Shown here piece after piece: positions 26,961 through 40,378 of a stretch of 64,000 nucleotides of DNA. The stretch's first letter is position 1; every line of letters starts with the position of its first letter. The stretch spans positions 119,164,001 to 119,228,000 of the forward strand of contig OX597818.1 of assembly GCA_951406725.2 (NCBI GenBank), written 5' to 3'. The notes under the pieces were generated by a model. That model was not told where the DNA came from. It saw only the letters and a program-made list of their open reading frames with translations, and did no database searches. The position numbers and the translations under genes were made by a program. This DNA is from Octopus vulgaris (lineage: Eukaryota).

Positions 26961-27369
26961 AGTAAAATTAATTTATTATATAGAAGGAGCTTCTACAGGA
27001 CTAGAACTGTTTCATTCAAGAGTACTGTGGTTAACCCCGAATCAACCCGGGACCTACATATATATATAAGTATATATATGAATGCGTGTGTGTTTGTGTG
27101 TGCGTACGTATGTTATATACACATGTATATCTTTTGGGGGATATGCATGTGTAGATGCATATGGATGTGTGCATGAATACCTGCATTTATATGTGGCTTT
27201 GTATACGCGCTGGCGTATATAGTATAGATAAAGAACAGCTAAATTTGATGAGATACGATCAAAGTAACGGCTAGGTAGATCATGCTGTTATAGCTCACAT
27301 CAGATATTGTGAACAACCATCTGTTCTTTCTACTTCATCTTGCTCAAATCTACAGCTTCTCCCCTCCCC

Positions 27370-27420
<51 letters not shown>

Positions 27421-27492
27421 CCTCTCCCTCTCTATTTTTCTGAAATATCTCTCTCGTTTCTACTTATTGCGATCCCTCAAAGCACGTGTTTC

Positions 27493-27543
<51 letters not shown>

Positions 27544-28699
27544 ACACTATTGGATGATATCGTTTGCTAGCGGTCATACTTTTGGTTTTGTATCAATGAT
27601 ATCTTTCCTCTCTATAATATTAAGGAGATATTTTTACTCGAAAATTTACTATTATTTTCATTGCATAATCATCGAGACAAGGGCAGATGCCGTACCTTAC
27701 TTGAGAAGCTTACAGACAGACATGTGCACGCATAGACACATATTGCTGTAAGAATCGTTTGAAATATCTCAGTTTACACTCCTGCATCAATTATGCTTCG
27801 CATCCCGGAGACTCATCTGGATATATTAGCGTTAAAATTGTACACATGTATACGCGAATATGAGAGGGTCAAATCCAATACCATGCAATGATCTAATGAA
27901 ATATAGATTAACGTTAAGCTGAAAGATAACCACAGAACAGGAAGATGGGGGAAGCGGGAAACATGTTTAAATTTCTATTCCATGATTTTATATGCTTTTT
28001 CTTTTTTTTTTTTAGCCAGTACACCAAAGAAACATTTTATTCAAAATGTAGCAAGGAAGGCACGGACTGAAATTCAATTATTTCCTTGTAAAACTGAAAA
28101 TAAAGATATCGTAATATCATTAGTGATATGCGAATCTAAATCGAACGAAAATGATATCAAGAAAGATATCGGAATTGATGTTTTATTTTGTTTTGTTTTT
28201 TTTTTCTCTCTTATCAGGAATTCTTACTTTGAAACCAGAAGCCCTATCATGCAGACGTAAGCTGGAAAGAAGATAAGAAATAAGAAGCATGCTAAACCTA
28301 AAATAATTCTAGAAAAATACCAAGAATATAGGTAATTGCTATGGGAACCTAACAAGGCAAAACATAAAATCAATGGACTATTTTATATTTATATTTAGAT
28401 TTTTTTCCGTTCGGCTCTAATTTCAAGTAATATGTAACAGAAGGAATAAATAGATGTTGGCGATTAGCAAAATTGGATAGTTTTAATGGAAGAAAAGATC
28501 AACGATATTTAGCTGATATTAATCTTCATCCGATTATTTTCTGTCCATTATCTCACAGCCGATGTAAGTTTAAGCATGGCCTGTTTATATACATAACGAG
28601 AAATTGTTTGTAAATGATGAATATACAGACACACACCATTATATATGTGTGTGGCAGGGCGGAAGGGTGTATTTGCGTGCGCATGCGAGTGTGTATGTA

Positions 28700-28918
28700 C
28701 GGTAATCCCTCACCATATCGCGGTTTACCAATCGCGCAAACAGTATATCGTGGTTCACCTATCGCGGATTTTTCTGGCTAATATATCTAACTTTATATCA
28801 GGAAATTCTCAGTATAGCTCGAATTTTGCGGCCGATAGGTATTTAAACTTTCTTAGATTTTAATTGTTTTTGTAGCAGGTTTTGGAACGTAACACCCGCA
28901 ATAGTCGAGGGAAAACTG
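28700..28918. mobile_element. Tigger/pogo-type MITE (~219 bp)
   Basis: Imperfect TIRs CGGTAATCCCTC..ATATCGCGG / CCGCAATAGTCGAGGGAAAACTG, TA on both sides. Confidence 0.7.
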
Positions 28919-28964
<46 letters not shown>

Positions 28965-29247
28965 TATAAATTTGGGTGTTGTATATGAATAAATGAAAGA
29001 ATGGAGTCGAACGAAGATGTTAACAAAATTCCTTTGCTCTCGACATATGTTTCGAAGACAACATGTTTTCATTCCAAAGGAATAAATGGTACATTATGCA
29101 ATCTTCTCATCAGGAAAGAAAGGGAGCCTCTCTCGACAACAAGACAAACAAACATTTTGATGACTGCCTACATGGTAAACAAAGCGAAACATATGTCGAG
29201 AGTAAAGGAATTTTGTTAACATCTTCGTTCGACTCCATTCTTTCATT

Positions 29248-29306
<59 letters not shown>

Positions 29307-29582
29307 TAGAAGGAAAAAAGTAGGAAGAACGAGTGAGAGAAAGTTGTGGTGAAAGAGTACAGCGGGGTTCACCATCCCTGCCCGCCGGAGCCTCATGGAG
29401 CTTTGGTGTTTTTGCTCAATAAACACTCACAAATACGAGCATATACATGACGTCATCCAAAATGGAGACGGACACGATTCCTCTGTGTGAACAGCTTGAA
29501 AAATTGATAGGATATTAAAATAATTTTCTTATCATGAAATCAATGGTAGCCTTAATACACAAATAAAGAAACTTTATCCAAC

Positions 29583-30171
29583 AATTTCACTTCAAGAGTT
29601 ATTAACAGGTAAAGTAAATTCAATGCGAATACCCAACGATGCAGTGTTGAGCACTTATTCTCGTTCTTCGACATTTACGCGTATATGTATAGATATGTGT
29701 GTGCGCGTGTATGTATTTATGTATTTATATACATATGTATATACAAAAGCAGCAGTACATATTCATACAGTAATTCATTCATACATACATACAAACATAC
29801 ATACATACATACATACATACATACATACATACATACATACATACATACATACATACATAAGTGTGTGTGTGAGAGTGTTTTATGTAGTTTTTCTTTTTCC
29901 TGAAGTTATGTAATCGCATATATGTAACTACGAGTAGCGTTGAAGCCAGAGACGTGGTGCTCAAAAATGGCAATGTTATACACCGTTTCTCCGTAATATG
30001 TAGTAGGGTGTTTTTTTTCTTTTTGTTTTTATGATATTCAGTTCGCATTGAATTTACTTTACCTGTTGCAACGTTCAATTCAGTCGATAGTATCGCTTTG
30101 AATGTTCTCTTCAAACGTTAAAGAATTTTCGGAAAACTATTCTTTTTCTTAATAACTCTTGAAGTGAAATT
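29583..30171. repeat. Split inverted repeat (foldback/MITE-like)
   Basis: 29583-29629 is the reverse complement of 30149-30171 plus 30042-30067. Confidence 0.7.
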
Positions 30172-30989
30172 ACAATGAGAAAGTTTTATGCGAGATGATA
30201 ACAAATGAAAGTTCAAAGCATAAATGCAATAAACGCAATCATATATAAACAAATATAAAAATTAAACAAACAGAAGTGTAAACAAATTAATAAATTAAAA
30301 CGAAATATATTTCCGTGATTCAAACAATGTGTTCATCGCATCGTGACATGAAATCTTTAAATCATTATATTTCCAAGTTGAGTGAGAAATACAGCTACCT
30401 TAACTTAATTGCAAAGCTAAGAATAAATTATTTTTAAAAGACGGAAGCAAAAAGACTTTTCAGCTATCGAATCTGTAGGCTTTGATATATTAATTTTTTT
30501 ACATTTTAATTTTATCAGTATTTTCTTTTCGGTGATGCGTTTGATAATTTCGTGAAATTTTGTGTGACAAAATAGCAAATATTTCACGCTTTCTCATGCG
30601 TTGGAGTTAAAATAACATCAATTTGGTAAATAATAACAATATAAAATTCTTGAATACACAAGGAAATGTAAAATCTGACACTATGATAATGGTTTGTTAC
30701 AACTTATTTCTATTATAATATTATTTAATTAAACAATTGATGAGTTAATTTGAATTTCAGTCTAAAAATATAAGGATAACCTGTCATTTAGTCTCCTGTT
30801 TTTATCATCGAAGTTTGTAGACATATCGAATGCGAGGAGCATGTTCAATATAGATACGAGATTGAACATAGAATTTAAAAGTCAATATATTCTATTTAGC
30901 ATATATATGAATATACACAGATATAGATATATACAAAGATACATGCGTCCACATATATATATATGTATTTGTATCTGTGTATATATATA

Positions 30990-31392
30990 GGTGTAGGAAT
31001 GGCTGTGTGGTAAGTAACTTGCTACCAACCACATGGTTCCGGGTTCAGTCCCACTGCGTGGCACCTTGGGCAAGTGTCTTCTATTATAGCCTCGGTCCGA
31101 CCAAAGCCTTGTGGGTGGAATTGGTAGACGGAAACAGAAAGAAGCCCGTCGTATATATGTATATATATATATATATATGTGTGTGTGTTTGTGTTTGTGT
31201 GTCTGTGTTTGTGGCCCAACATCGCTTGAGAACCGATGCTGGTGTGCTTACGTCCCCTTAACTTAGCGGATCGGCAAGTCCGATAGAATACGGACTAGGC
31301 TTACAAAGAATACGTTCCGGGGTCGATTTGCTTGACTAAAGGCGGTGCTCCAGCATGGCCACAGTCACATGACTAAAACAAGTAAAAGAGTA
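30990..31392 (+). mobile_element. SINE family A, full length
   Basis: GGGTTCAGTCCC B-box, ACCTTGGGCAAGTG CORE-like box, standard tail. Confidence 0.9.
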
Positions 31393-31405
31393 TATATATA
31401 TATAT

Positions 31406-31468
<63 letters not shown>

Positions 31469-31494
31469 TATACATACATATATGTATACATATA

Positions 31495-31548
<54 letters not shown>

Positions 31549-32602
31549 ATGAAGGGTTTAGTTAACTGATGATCTAAACCAATATCTATGCTGCGTAAGT
31601 GCTATAATTAGTTATCCGTTAGGTTCCAAGTTCACTGCTGAGGCTGAAGCTGGCAGTCCGTAGTAGACTTCCGAGTCAGCAGGTATATATTAAAGGAAAA
31701 ATAAAGCAAACCAAAACAGGGCGAGTATCTCAGGTCATTTAGAATATTTAATGAGAGTAAAGGTGAATCAAAAAAGAAGTAGATGTTTCTGGGGTATCCC
31801 AGGTAATGGGTCAACACTCCTATAAAATAAGTATTCTATTAGCAGAGTCAAGGCGTGTTTGCAATTGTTTTTGTTCCAGCACACGATCTCAGATCAGGTC
31901 ACTTGCTATGCAAGTACATCTCCCCCTGCGCAAAGACAATCCGTACACAGACAGGTATTGTAGTGAATGACTGGTAGAGCGGAAAATGCGAGGAATGGAG
32001 ATATGGAAAGTAATAATTGTTGCCGCTGTTTTAATTAGTACTCAATAATTTAATTATAAATTTGTACATTAAATTTACATTTATGCGACATAAGTATAAT
32101 TTCATCAGAGGAAAAAATGATGTACCTTTAGATGTTGTATGTACGCTTATCGATTCATTTTAACAGTCTCAAAAAAGAAAGCTAATTTCTGAAAGTAACA
32201 AAATATATTAAAACGCATTATCATGCCTTAGAGTATATGATTTTAAATTATCTTCATTTATTGTTCTCTTTACATTATAAAATAATTAGCTACATTTAAC
32301 TGACTTTAATTGTCTGGGATGATCTTCAGATGGAAACTGCGAAGTATGAAATCATAATACTTAATCATTAGAGCGGATAACTATGTTATGCTATATGCGA
32401 CGGTAGTTACACTTGATATTGAGGAGGTTATTGTTACATAATTAGGTGTATTACCATCAAAAATTGTCTTTAATATTTATTATTTTCCAGATTAATAGGT
32501 ACACTGCGCCTCAGATAACCAAGAGTGTACTACGAAATAACTGACAATATTTTCATTTACTACCATTCACATATATGCCAGTATGCACCCAATATACATG
32601 TA

Positions 32603-32888
32603 TATCACGTGATCACGTGACCGACCAGGCCATCAGATGTTGCTACACATCGCTGGTCACTATGCGTTTCGCATTGTTTTAGGCTAAGCAAGCAGGCTAA
32701 CAGAAGAAAGTGTGAGAGAAAGTAGTGGCGAAAGAGTACAGCAGGGATCACCACCATCCCCTGTCGGGGCCTCGTTGAGCTTTAGGTGTTTTCGCTCAAT
32801 AAACACTCACAACGCCCGGTCTGGGAATCGAAACCGCGATCCTACAACCGCGAGTCCGCTGCCCTAACCACTGAGCCATTGCGCCTCA
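32603..32888 (-). mobile_element. tRNA(Arg)-like SINE family C, alternative tail
   Basis: Minus strand GAGGCGCAATGGCTCAGTGGTTAGGGCAGCGGACTCGCGG..GGTTTCGATTCCC; tail ends GGTCACGTGATCACGTGA; another fragment at 29320-29435. Confidence 0.85.
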
Positions 32889-33177
32889 CACATGTGTATA
32901 TGTAAGTTTTTATATATTTTTTGCGACGCTATCTTCCTTTTTATATCTCTCGTCCTCATATTCCTTTTCTAGATTCCCATCTCCCTCTCTTCCTCTCTCT
33001 CTCGCCCTTTCACTCGTAATTGTAGACTTTCTCCCTTCCTACCCTCCCTGTTCTCTCTTCCGCTCTCTCCCATCCTCCTTCCCATCTATCTACTGCGCAG
33101 ACGTAACCCGTGACTAATTTTCCCATTTCTTTGCCTTTTGCCACCGGACGCTTAGCTCGCCGGTTAATATCTATCTC

Positions 33178-33488
33178 GTGGAGGCACATGGCTTAGTGGT
33201 TAGAGCAGCGGACTCGCGGTCGAGGGATCGCGGGTCCGAATCTCAGACCGGGCGATCTGTGTTTTTATGAGCGAAACACCTAAGCTCCACGCGGCTCTGG
33301 CAGAACGTAATGGCGAAACTTCTGCTGATTCTTTCGCCACAACTTTCTCACACTCTTTCCTCCTGCATCTTGCAGCTCACCTGCGACGGACCGGTGTCCC
33401 GTCCAGGTGGGGAACCTATACGCCAAGAAACCGGGAAACCGGCCCTTATGAGCCAGGTATGGCTCGAAAAGGGACAAACAAACAACAA
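33178..33488 (+). mobile_element. tRNA(Arg)-like SINE family C with V-domain-like segment and 9-bp TSD
   Basis: TGGCTTAGTGG A-box, TCG anticodon-like loop, CTGCGACGGACCGGTGTCCCGTCCAGG; ATCTATCTC at 33169 and 33489. Confidence 0.85.
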
Positions 33489-34608
33489 ATCTATCTCCTC
33501 TCTTGCTATTTCTCTTCCTCTGGCCATTCAGGATTTCCTCCCGGCATTACCCATCGTCTGTGGGGCTAAAAGGCCGTATTTATTCCGCCTTTGTCCATCG
33601 TTTCAAATTACAGTTATTTACTTTCGTACATCCAATCTGTAATGTTTTGATTGTTCGAGCCCTAATTCTCCGTAAATTTTGTGGGTGCCGTCGACACGCG
33701 AAGACCTCAGTCTAATAATTAAAGGCATGAAACTGTGTATTAACATTCCCGTTGATAACAGAAGAATTAGATTCCTTCTGCCTGTCCTACATTTTTTAGT
33801 ATTTAATGCATTTTCCATTTATTTACTATCTCTATATTATAATTCTGAAATGCGAAAAGTTTGTTTGTTTGTTTGTCTGGTTTTGGCATTGAGAACTGGT
33901 TAAAGGCCACTAGATCCAATCGGATTGACTCCAAAATTTACAGGGACATGTAAAATGAGGTGAGGATGCGAGTGGGCTAGGTTACGAATCCCTATCTTAA
34001 GAGGTGTCGTTGCTAGCGCCAAAAATGCACTTTGACAAGTCTACTCTCATTTTTTTATGTATCTGTCTTCCTCCATCACTCACTCTCTTTCCTCCCTTCC
34101 CATCATGTCTATCTATAACGTCATTTCACAGCGTCTATCTCCCTTCCCTTCACCTTCTTTTTATAACGTCGTTTCACAGCATCCTATATCTCCCCCCTCC
34201 CCGCCGTCGACAGCGCTTTCACACACTCTCTCTCTCTACGTCTGTCTGCATTCATAGAGAGAATTACATCGCCACCACAACCACACAATCATGAGAACTA
34301 ATATTATGAATAAGATATTTATTGGGTTAATTTATATGTGTGTGTGTGTGTGTGTGTGTTCTATCTATAATTATGTATATATAATGTATATATACAAAGT
34401 GTATATATCTGTATTTATGTATATTAAACTTTTTAATACTTTTTGATAGTTATATCTGTTTTTAAAAAAATATAAATTAAGAATTTTAATTTAAAATTTA
34501 AATAATTTAAATTTTATATTTTATATATTTTGTATATTATATTTTTATTTTTATGTTTTTCACTGTTTGATTTGCCTAATAGTGGTTTTATCTCTAATTT
34601 AATTTATA

Positions 34609-34648
<40 letters not shown>

Positions 34649-34745
34649 ATAAAACGGTAAGATAACAAAAGAAAGAAAGAGACCTCAATATTATGTAAAT
34701 AGAGGAAATTTATCTATACAATATGTTACATTACTCGGTAGTCAA

Positions 34746-34806
34746 GATAAAACTCTGAGTTTCAGATGCCGAAGTGGAAATCCACAACACCATCTCTTCG
34801 GTTATC
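34746..34806 (-). ncRNA. HHR-like motif with CCGAAGA core
   Basis: Reverse complement of 36239-36299, downstream of the PLE stop codon. Confidence 0.6.
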
Positions 34807-35010
34807 TGGCTATTTGAAAACGTTATGAAAAAATACCGTTAAATAAAGGGAAATTACTCTGTTATAACTCTGCTTGCCTGCGTACTTATACATCGCTCGC
34901 ATTTTTCGTCATAAAAATTATATAAAAATACATAAAAAATATATAAAAAATATATAAAAATATATAAAAATATATAAATTCTTCTTGGGACATAACATAG
35001 AAAGCATGTT

Positions 35011-35832
35011 CTATCTGTTTTCTTTAGGGGACCAAAAACGTAACAGAAATTTAGTCACATGTGGGCATGATCCGAAAAGCTCTGTCCTTGTATTTAGACA
35101 TGTAGTAGGCTCTAAGCTGCTTTTCCAGATAAGCCATCTCTCCATGTCGCATAGACCGCACCTTCCGCTGCCGTTAGTATAGGGCTTACATCTGGCCAAA
35201 ATCTTCCATTGTATGTTATAATCGACACCTTTATCTCTTAAAGACCAAATATGATTAGACAATTGTGTCGCTTTTCTTTTGTTCCAGTGCCTAAAGCTCA
35301 AAGTGTGGTTATTGAACCTGGCCTTGAAATTACCTTCTGTAAGGCCCACGTATTTCTTCGTCGAAACGGTGTCTTTAGTGGTTATAGAGTTTACGGTAGC
35401 TTCATATATGATGGTCTTGGACATGCAAGCTCCATTTAGCGGGCACAATTCTTTATTCCTGCATGAACAGCTATTTTCTTCTTGTGTTTTTTGTATGTTA
35501 TGTTTGATTATGTTTTTAAAATTGGTAGTTGAACTAAAACTAATTTTTAAATTGTGTCTATTGAAGAGTTTCCTATAAGTATGGTTAACTGGAAAATGTC
35601 TATCTATCAGTGCTAGGAAATATTTACCTATATTGAAGGCCACCTCGGGTGAGTAAGGGGGCGTAAACCAGATGACCTTCCTATTTCTATTATTCCTTTT
35701 CCTTACTGTTGGGCTAGTGATAGGTGTATATTTTATTTTATCGCTAAAACCACTATCTTTTAAAGCCTTATTATAAACTGGGGCAACGCTATTGAAGATG
35801 TCCTCATCAGATAAGAGGCTAGAAATCCTCAT
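35011..35832 (-). CDS. PLE ORF C-terminal part: linker plus GIY-YIG endonuclease (possibly Nematis-like; 5' truncated)
   Basis: IWFTPPYS, CSC..CPL..C, IIYEATV...KYVGLT...FKARFNNH, LSNHIW, CGLCDME...CLN; open for 273 aa. Confidence 0.88.
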   Translation of the reverse strand: MRISSLLSDEDIFNSVAPVYNKALKDSGFSDKIKYTPITSPTVRKRNNRNRKVIWFTPPYSPEVAFNIGKYFLALIDRHFPVNHTYRKLFNRHNLKISFSSTTNFKNIIKHNIQKTQEENSCSCRNKELCPLNGACMSKTIIYEATVNSITTKDTVSTKKYVGLTEGNFKARFNNHTLSFRHWNKRKATQLSNHIWSLRDKGVDYNIQWKILARCKPYTNGSGRCGLCDMERWLIWKSSLEPTTCLNTRTELFGSCPHVTKFLLRFWSPKENR

Positions 35833-36238
35833 ACAATGGAAGATTTTGGCCAGATGTAAGCTCTATACTAACGGCAGCGGAAGGTGCGGTCTATGCGACA
35901 TGGAGAGATGGCTTATCTGGAAAAGCAGCTTAGACCCTACTATATGTCTAAATACAAGGACAGAGCTTTTCGGATCATGCCCACATGTGACTAAATTTCT
36001 GTTACGTTTTTGGTCCCCTAAAGAAAACAGATAGAACATGCTTTCTATGTTATGTCCCAAGAAGAATTTATATATTTTTATATATTTTTATATATTTTTT
36101 ATATATTTTTTATGTATTTTTATATAATTTTTATGACGAAAAATGCGAGCGATGTATAAGTACGCAGGCAAGCAGAGTTATAACAGAGTAATTTCCCTTT
36201 ATTTAACGGTATTTTTTCATAACGTTTTCAAATAGCCA

Positions 36239-36299
36239 GATAACCGAAGAGATGGTGTTGTGGATTTCCACTTCGGCATCTGAAACTCAGAGTTTTATC
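36239..36299 (+). ncRNA. HHR-like motif with CCGAAGA core
   Basis: GATAA-CCGAAGA-GATG...CATC-T-GAAA-CTCAGAG-TT-TTATC: stem I GATAA/TTATC, stem III ACTC/GAGT. Confidence 0.6.
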
Positions 36300-36329
36300 G
36301 TGACTACCGAGTAATGTAACATATTTTAT

Positions 36330-36372
<43 letters not shown>

Positions 36373-36397
36373 GTATACATTTGTATATATAATGCGT

Positions 36398-36457
<60 letters not shown>

Positions 36458-37338
36458 CATTATGTGGGCGGTTGTGCTGAAAATATGCACACCTATGTTA
36501 AAAGTGCTGGCGAGTTTGCATGGAAACTATTTTTTTCCTCAAATGAAAGGTGTGACCTGTAGGACAAAACTCCTCATCTTATAAAATGTGGCCCGAGTAG
36601 ACCCGAATGAAATCGGGTTATATTAACCAAAATATGAAAAGGGGTCTAAATGGGGCTAGAAGGGGATTAAAATTTACAGGAGCGTTTGTTTAGGAATTCT
36701 CTGTTACATCAAGCTAAAAAAATTGCGCCAGCCTTTTAATCGTCAATGTGTTGCCGTCCATGATGAAGAAGTTTTGAATGCTTGCCATGGTGAGTATACT
36801 GTCGTGAGAAAGTATCACTTCAAAATTTGGTGTTTAGGAAGTTTCTGATACATCAAGTTCAAAATGTTGCGCCAGCCGTTAAACTGTCAATACGTTGCTG
36901 TCCACCGTTAAGAAATGCCAGCCATGGTGACTCTACTATCCTCAGATTCTATCCCTTCAATCTTTGGTTTCCAATATTTTTTTTATTTTTATTCAGCTCG
37001 CAAGTTCGTCTGTCCCTTTTAAATGTTAGTGTTTTGCTGTCTGCCTTGAAGCAGACCTTTCCGTTGTTACTGCCTGATATTTATGATTGATCTTTTAAAA
37101 TATTTTTCTTTCTCAACTTACTCAAGATCTTTTGTTGTTTATAAATGGGAGAGAGAAAGATAGAGGGTAAGAGAAAGCGAGGGAGAGTCCAAGAGAAAGG
37201 AAGAGTAAGAGAGTGGGAAAGTGAGAGAGAAAGGAGAGAGAAACAAAGAGGGAGAATGTGGTGATAAAAACAGAAAGGAAGCAACAGAAAGTAACAACCA
37301 CACTCTTACCCGCGCGGAGAGCGGGTCACCTTAAGCTA

Positions 37339-37370
<32 letters not shown>

Positions 37371-37387
37371 CGGTCCCGCAATTTGTT

Positions 37388-37745
37388 AAGCTTGTTTACG
37401 AACCACATGCTTCCGGGTTCAGTCCTACTGCATGGCACCTTGGGTGAGTGGCTTCTACTATAGCCTTGGCCGACCAAAGCCTTGTGTTGTGAGTGGATTT
37501 GGTAGAAAAAAATCCGTCGTATATATGTATATATATGTGTGTATATGTTTGTGTGTCTGTGTCTGTCCTCCCAACATCGCTTGACAACCGACCCTGGTGT
37601 GTTTACGACCCCGTAACTTAGCGGTTTGGCAAAAGAGACTGATAGAATAAATACTAGGCATACAAAGAATAAGTCCTGGTGTCGATTTGCTCGACTAAAG
37701 GCGGTGTTCCAGCATGGCTGCTGTCAAATGAGTGAAACATTTAAA
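37388..37745 (+). mobile_element. SINE family A, slightly 5' truncated
   Basis: Homology to 3492-3945. Confidence 0.85.
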
Positions 37746-37746
37746 G

Positions 37747-37787
<41 letters not shown>

Positions 37788-37881
37788 CGCACACACACAC
37801 ACACACGCACACACTCATCAATATGCATAAGCACAGGCCCACATACATACGTGTGTATATTTGTGTATGTACGTACGTAGG

Positions 37882-37933
<52 letters not shown>

Positions 37934-38647
37934 CGTATATCTTGGGACAGACAGTCGCATGTGTTCATTTGTACGTATGAAATTTAGGGCCCTTTTAATG
38001 CAAATGACAGCCAAACAGTTGCCCTTTGTTGTACCGAATGGCTCTAAATTACTCAAACAAAATAAGAAACAACTTCCAAGTGTTTTATACAGCAACAATA
38101 CGCCTAAACCATGGTTACAATTCATCAATCACATACAGACATTTCTCCTATTCACACAAGCAGATATGTACACACGGGTCAGAAAAACACGCATAAAGCA
38201 TAGAGAGACTAATAAACAGACACAGCACTTAATGTACACATTAAAATAAACAAGCTCACGTTTGGAAATATAGAGACATTGGCAAGTACACAGTTCCAGC
38301 CATCTCAATGAAGCCAATATCTACATACCCATAAGGAAACACTTGGCACAAGCACATGGTGAAGCATTAGGTTTGCATGCAGCCATTCACGTATAAGCGT
38401 TGGAACAAAAGCACGAAACAAATCGCATACACACGCACGTCTCAAAAGTTAAGAGACTGTGTAGAACCGATGGTGATGAGAAGGCTGGATGGTAGGAGTG
38501 ATGGTGGTGCTATTGTTGCTGCTGGTGCTGGTAGTGGTGGTGGTGGTGGTGGTGGTGACTTTGGTGGTTGTTGCAGAGGTGGTGGTGGCAGCGGCGGTGG
38601 TGGTGATGATGGGGAGGAGGATTACTAGTGTAATTATGCTCATCAGG

Positions 38648-38954
38648 AGAAGAAGAAGAAGAAGAAGAAGAAGAAGAAAACGACGACGAAGAAGACGAAG
38701 GAGGAGGAGGAGAAGAAGAAGAAGAAGAAGAAGAAGAAGAAGGAGAAGAAGAAGAAGAAGAAGAAGATGAAGATGAAGAAGATGATAAAGAAGAAGAAGA
38801 AGATGAAGAAGAAGAAGAAGAAGAAGAAGATGAAGATGAAGATGAAGAAGATGAAAAAGAAGAAGAAGAAGATGAAGAAGAAGAAGAAGAAGAAGAAGAA
38901 GAAGAAGAAGAAGAAGAAGAAGAAGAAGAAGAAGAAGAAGAAGAAGAAGAAGAA
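38648..38954. repeat. (GAA)n microsatellite, preceded by (GGT)n
   Basis: Direct reading. Confidence 0.95.
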
Positions 38955-39827
38955 ACCTTATTGGAGTGCTCTCGTGTATCTTTCATCTCAATGAGATCCA
39001 CATTAAAAGAAATATTTGAGAGAAGAGGCTGAACTTCCAGTTGCATAAACGTAATTCAGTTGTGTTGGAAAAAAATTTCGTTTTTTTAAGTTACCCAATA
39101 ACAACCAATTATTTCCTAATGGATATTCATCTTTGATATTTCTAATTTTCATCATCTAAAATGTTTATACTTATTAATTAAATTCCTTATTTTTATCGTC
39201 TACTGAATTCTCTTTAATTTATCGATGTTTTTTTTATTTTGCTGCTACCGAAAATTTTATGAAACATGATCGTAAAATAACAAGGAAAATATACTAACCT
39301 GGAATTGGGAACTAAACACCTGATACGAATGACAATGATTTCGCAAAACGAAGATGTACTTACAACAAAAAAACAATAGAATGAATTTTAATTAGAAACT
39401 ATATCAATAATAATTAGAGTAATTGCGATGAATTAGATGTTCACTTTGCATTTCAGCATAGTAAGTTAATAAGATAAACTTGGTGTGTGTTATTGTGGAT
39501 GATATACTTGGTGGGAGAAAGATCAAAATGGCGGCTTTGGTGTTTACTTACGAACCTTTATGATTTGTGTATTAATAATGCTGAGACTGACTTTGCCTTT
39601 AGTAGTGTTGTTTCTGATACAATCTCCTACAGGTTTGAAAGCGGTGCTTCAGCATGGCCATAGGATGTTGAGTGAAATCAGTAAAAGAATGAAGTAAGAA
39701 TAAGCCCTGGGGACGATTTGCTCGACTAGAGGCGGTGCTCCAGCATGGCCCCAGTCAAATAACTGAAACGAATAAAAGAATAAAAGAATAATGAAGTATG
39801 GAATTATTGTAGTTGATGTACACTACG

Positions 39828-40225
39828 CTTTTATTTGTTTCAGCCATTTGACTGCAGCCATGCTGGAGCATCGCCTTACGTCGAACAAATTGATCCCAGA
39901 AGTTATTCTTTGTAAGTTTAGTACTTATCCTATCGGGCTCTTTTGCTGAACTGCTACGTTACGGGGACGTAGAGACACCAACATTAGTTGCCAAGTGATG
40001 GTGGGGAGACAAACACAGACACAAACATACACACACTTACACACACACATATATATATACGGGAGGCTCCTTTCAGTTTCCGTCTACCAAATCCACGTAC
40101 AAGGCTTTGGTTGGCCTGAAGCTATAGCAGAAAATCACTTGCCCAAGGTGCCACGCAGTGGGACTGAACCCACAGAACCAGGTGGTTAGTAAGCAAGCTA
40201 CTTACCATACAGCCACTCCTACGCC
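39828..40225 (-). mobile_element. SINE family A, full length (two further plus-strand tails at 39630-39790)
   Basis: Homology to family A. Confidence 0.88.
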
Positions 40226-40304
40226 TCTATGTGTTTTGCTCAAGAGCGCAAAACGCCGCCCACTCAGGGTATTGACCCACGATCTAATGATCGTGAGTGC
40301 GAGT

Positions 40305-40339
40305 GGAATTTTGTAGACGGAAACTGAAAGAAGCCCGTT

Positions 40340-40378
<39 letters not shown>

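Larger units (their letters stand above)
34648..36333 (-). mobile_element. 5'-truncated Penelope-like element with ~503-bp inverted 3' copy and 64-bp unpaired tail, in (TA)n
   Basis: Arms 34712-35214 and 35831-36333 are near-identical reverse complements; GIY-YIG ORF; an HHR-like motif in each arm. Confidence 0.9.
33829..37339 (+). mobile_element. Putative non-autonomous Helitron (5' TC to 3' hairpin-CTAG) carrying a nested PLE
   Basis: A|TCTCTATATTATAA..(GTTT)n 5' end; ACCCGC-7nt-GCGGGT hairpin 37308-37326, then CTAG|T; whether the two ends belong to one element is inferred. Confidence 0.45.

Noticed and set aside
26985-27035. Minus-strand GAAACAGTTCTAGTC, a possible HHR 3' half (similar trace near 10195-10220)
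   Set aside because: The 5' core is absent, so it cannot be supported
33178-33255. SINE heads as functional tRNA genes
   Set aside because: Imperfect cloverleafs, contiguous with SINE bodies and TSDs
36128-36160. ATGA...GATG as a possible SECIS in the PLE 3' UTR
   Set aside because: Spacing is too short for helix II and the ORF has no in-frame UGA
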